Assembly (NCBI GenBank): GCA_038087875.1
Contig: CM075994.1
Span: 10,294,001-10,358,000, forward strand
Reading direction: 5' to 3'
DNA from: Malacoraja senta
Taxonomy: Eukaryota
DNA: 64,000 nucleotides
A model generated the notes under the pieces. That model was not told where the DNA came from. It made no database searches and saw only the letters and a list, made by a program, of their open reading frames with translations. A program made the position numbers and the translations under genes. Of this stretch, positions 63,841 through 64,000 are shown one piece after another. The first letter of the stretch is position 1. The number at the start of each line of letters is the position of its first letter.

Positions 63841-64000
63841 TAATATTGTGGCGGCGCTGTCGTACAGCAGCGGCTCGCCTGCAGACCGTCTGTTTTTACT
63901 TTTGTTGTTGTTTTCTTTTGTCCTGTTTTAGTTAAATTTTAGTTTATTGGGTTGTGTATGTGTGGGGTGGGGGGGTGAAACATGACTTTTGTCTCTTCCT

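Overview
Repeat-rich vertebrate genomic DNA, not prokaryotic. It is most likely from a cartilaginous fish (skate/ray/shark), inferred from HE1-like V-SINEs, abundant CR1-type LINEs and the TRIM type. The core is a + strand tandem cluster of class IV TRIM genes (RING-B-box2-coiled coil-PRY/SPRY) sharing one 6-exon layout (411/96/234/23/119/~530 bp). Copy 1 (7979-12728) and copy 2 (22195-26592) have intact spliced ORFs. Copy 3 (34291-38990) has a 5-bp deletion just after its ATG but is otherwise intact. Copy 4 (46802-52758) has a fold-back Penelope insertion in exon 1 and no PRY/SPRY exon. Copy 5 (from ~62888) is a 5'-deleted fragment joined directly to copy 4 intron 5. Copies 2-4 lie in a recent ~12.3-kb tandem duplication, and their PRY/SPRY differences cluster in the variable loops. 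Mobile elements include a 5'-truncated L1 nested in a CR1 (15-bp TSD), many CR1 fragments, V-SINE inverted pairs upstream of each TRIM start, and Penelope-like remnants with minimal hammerhead ribozyme motifs. A nearly intact 5.56-kb PIF/Harbinger transposon has TIRs, a TAA TSD, a spliced Myb/MADF gene and a DDE transposase with one frameshift. All alignments and counts were done by eye.
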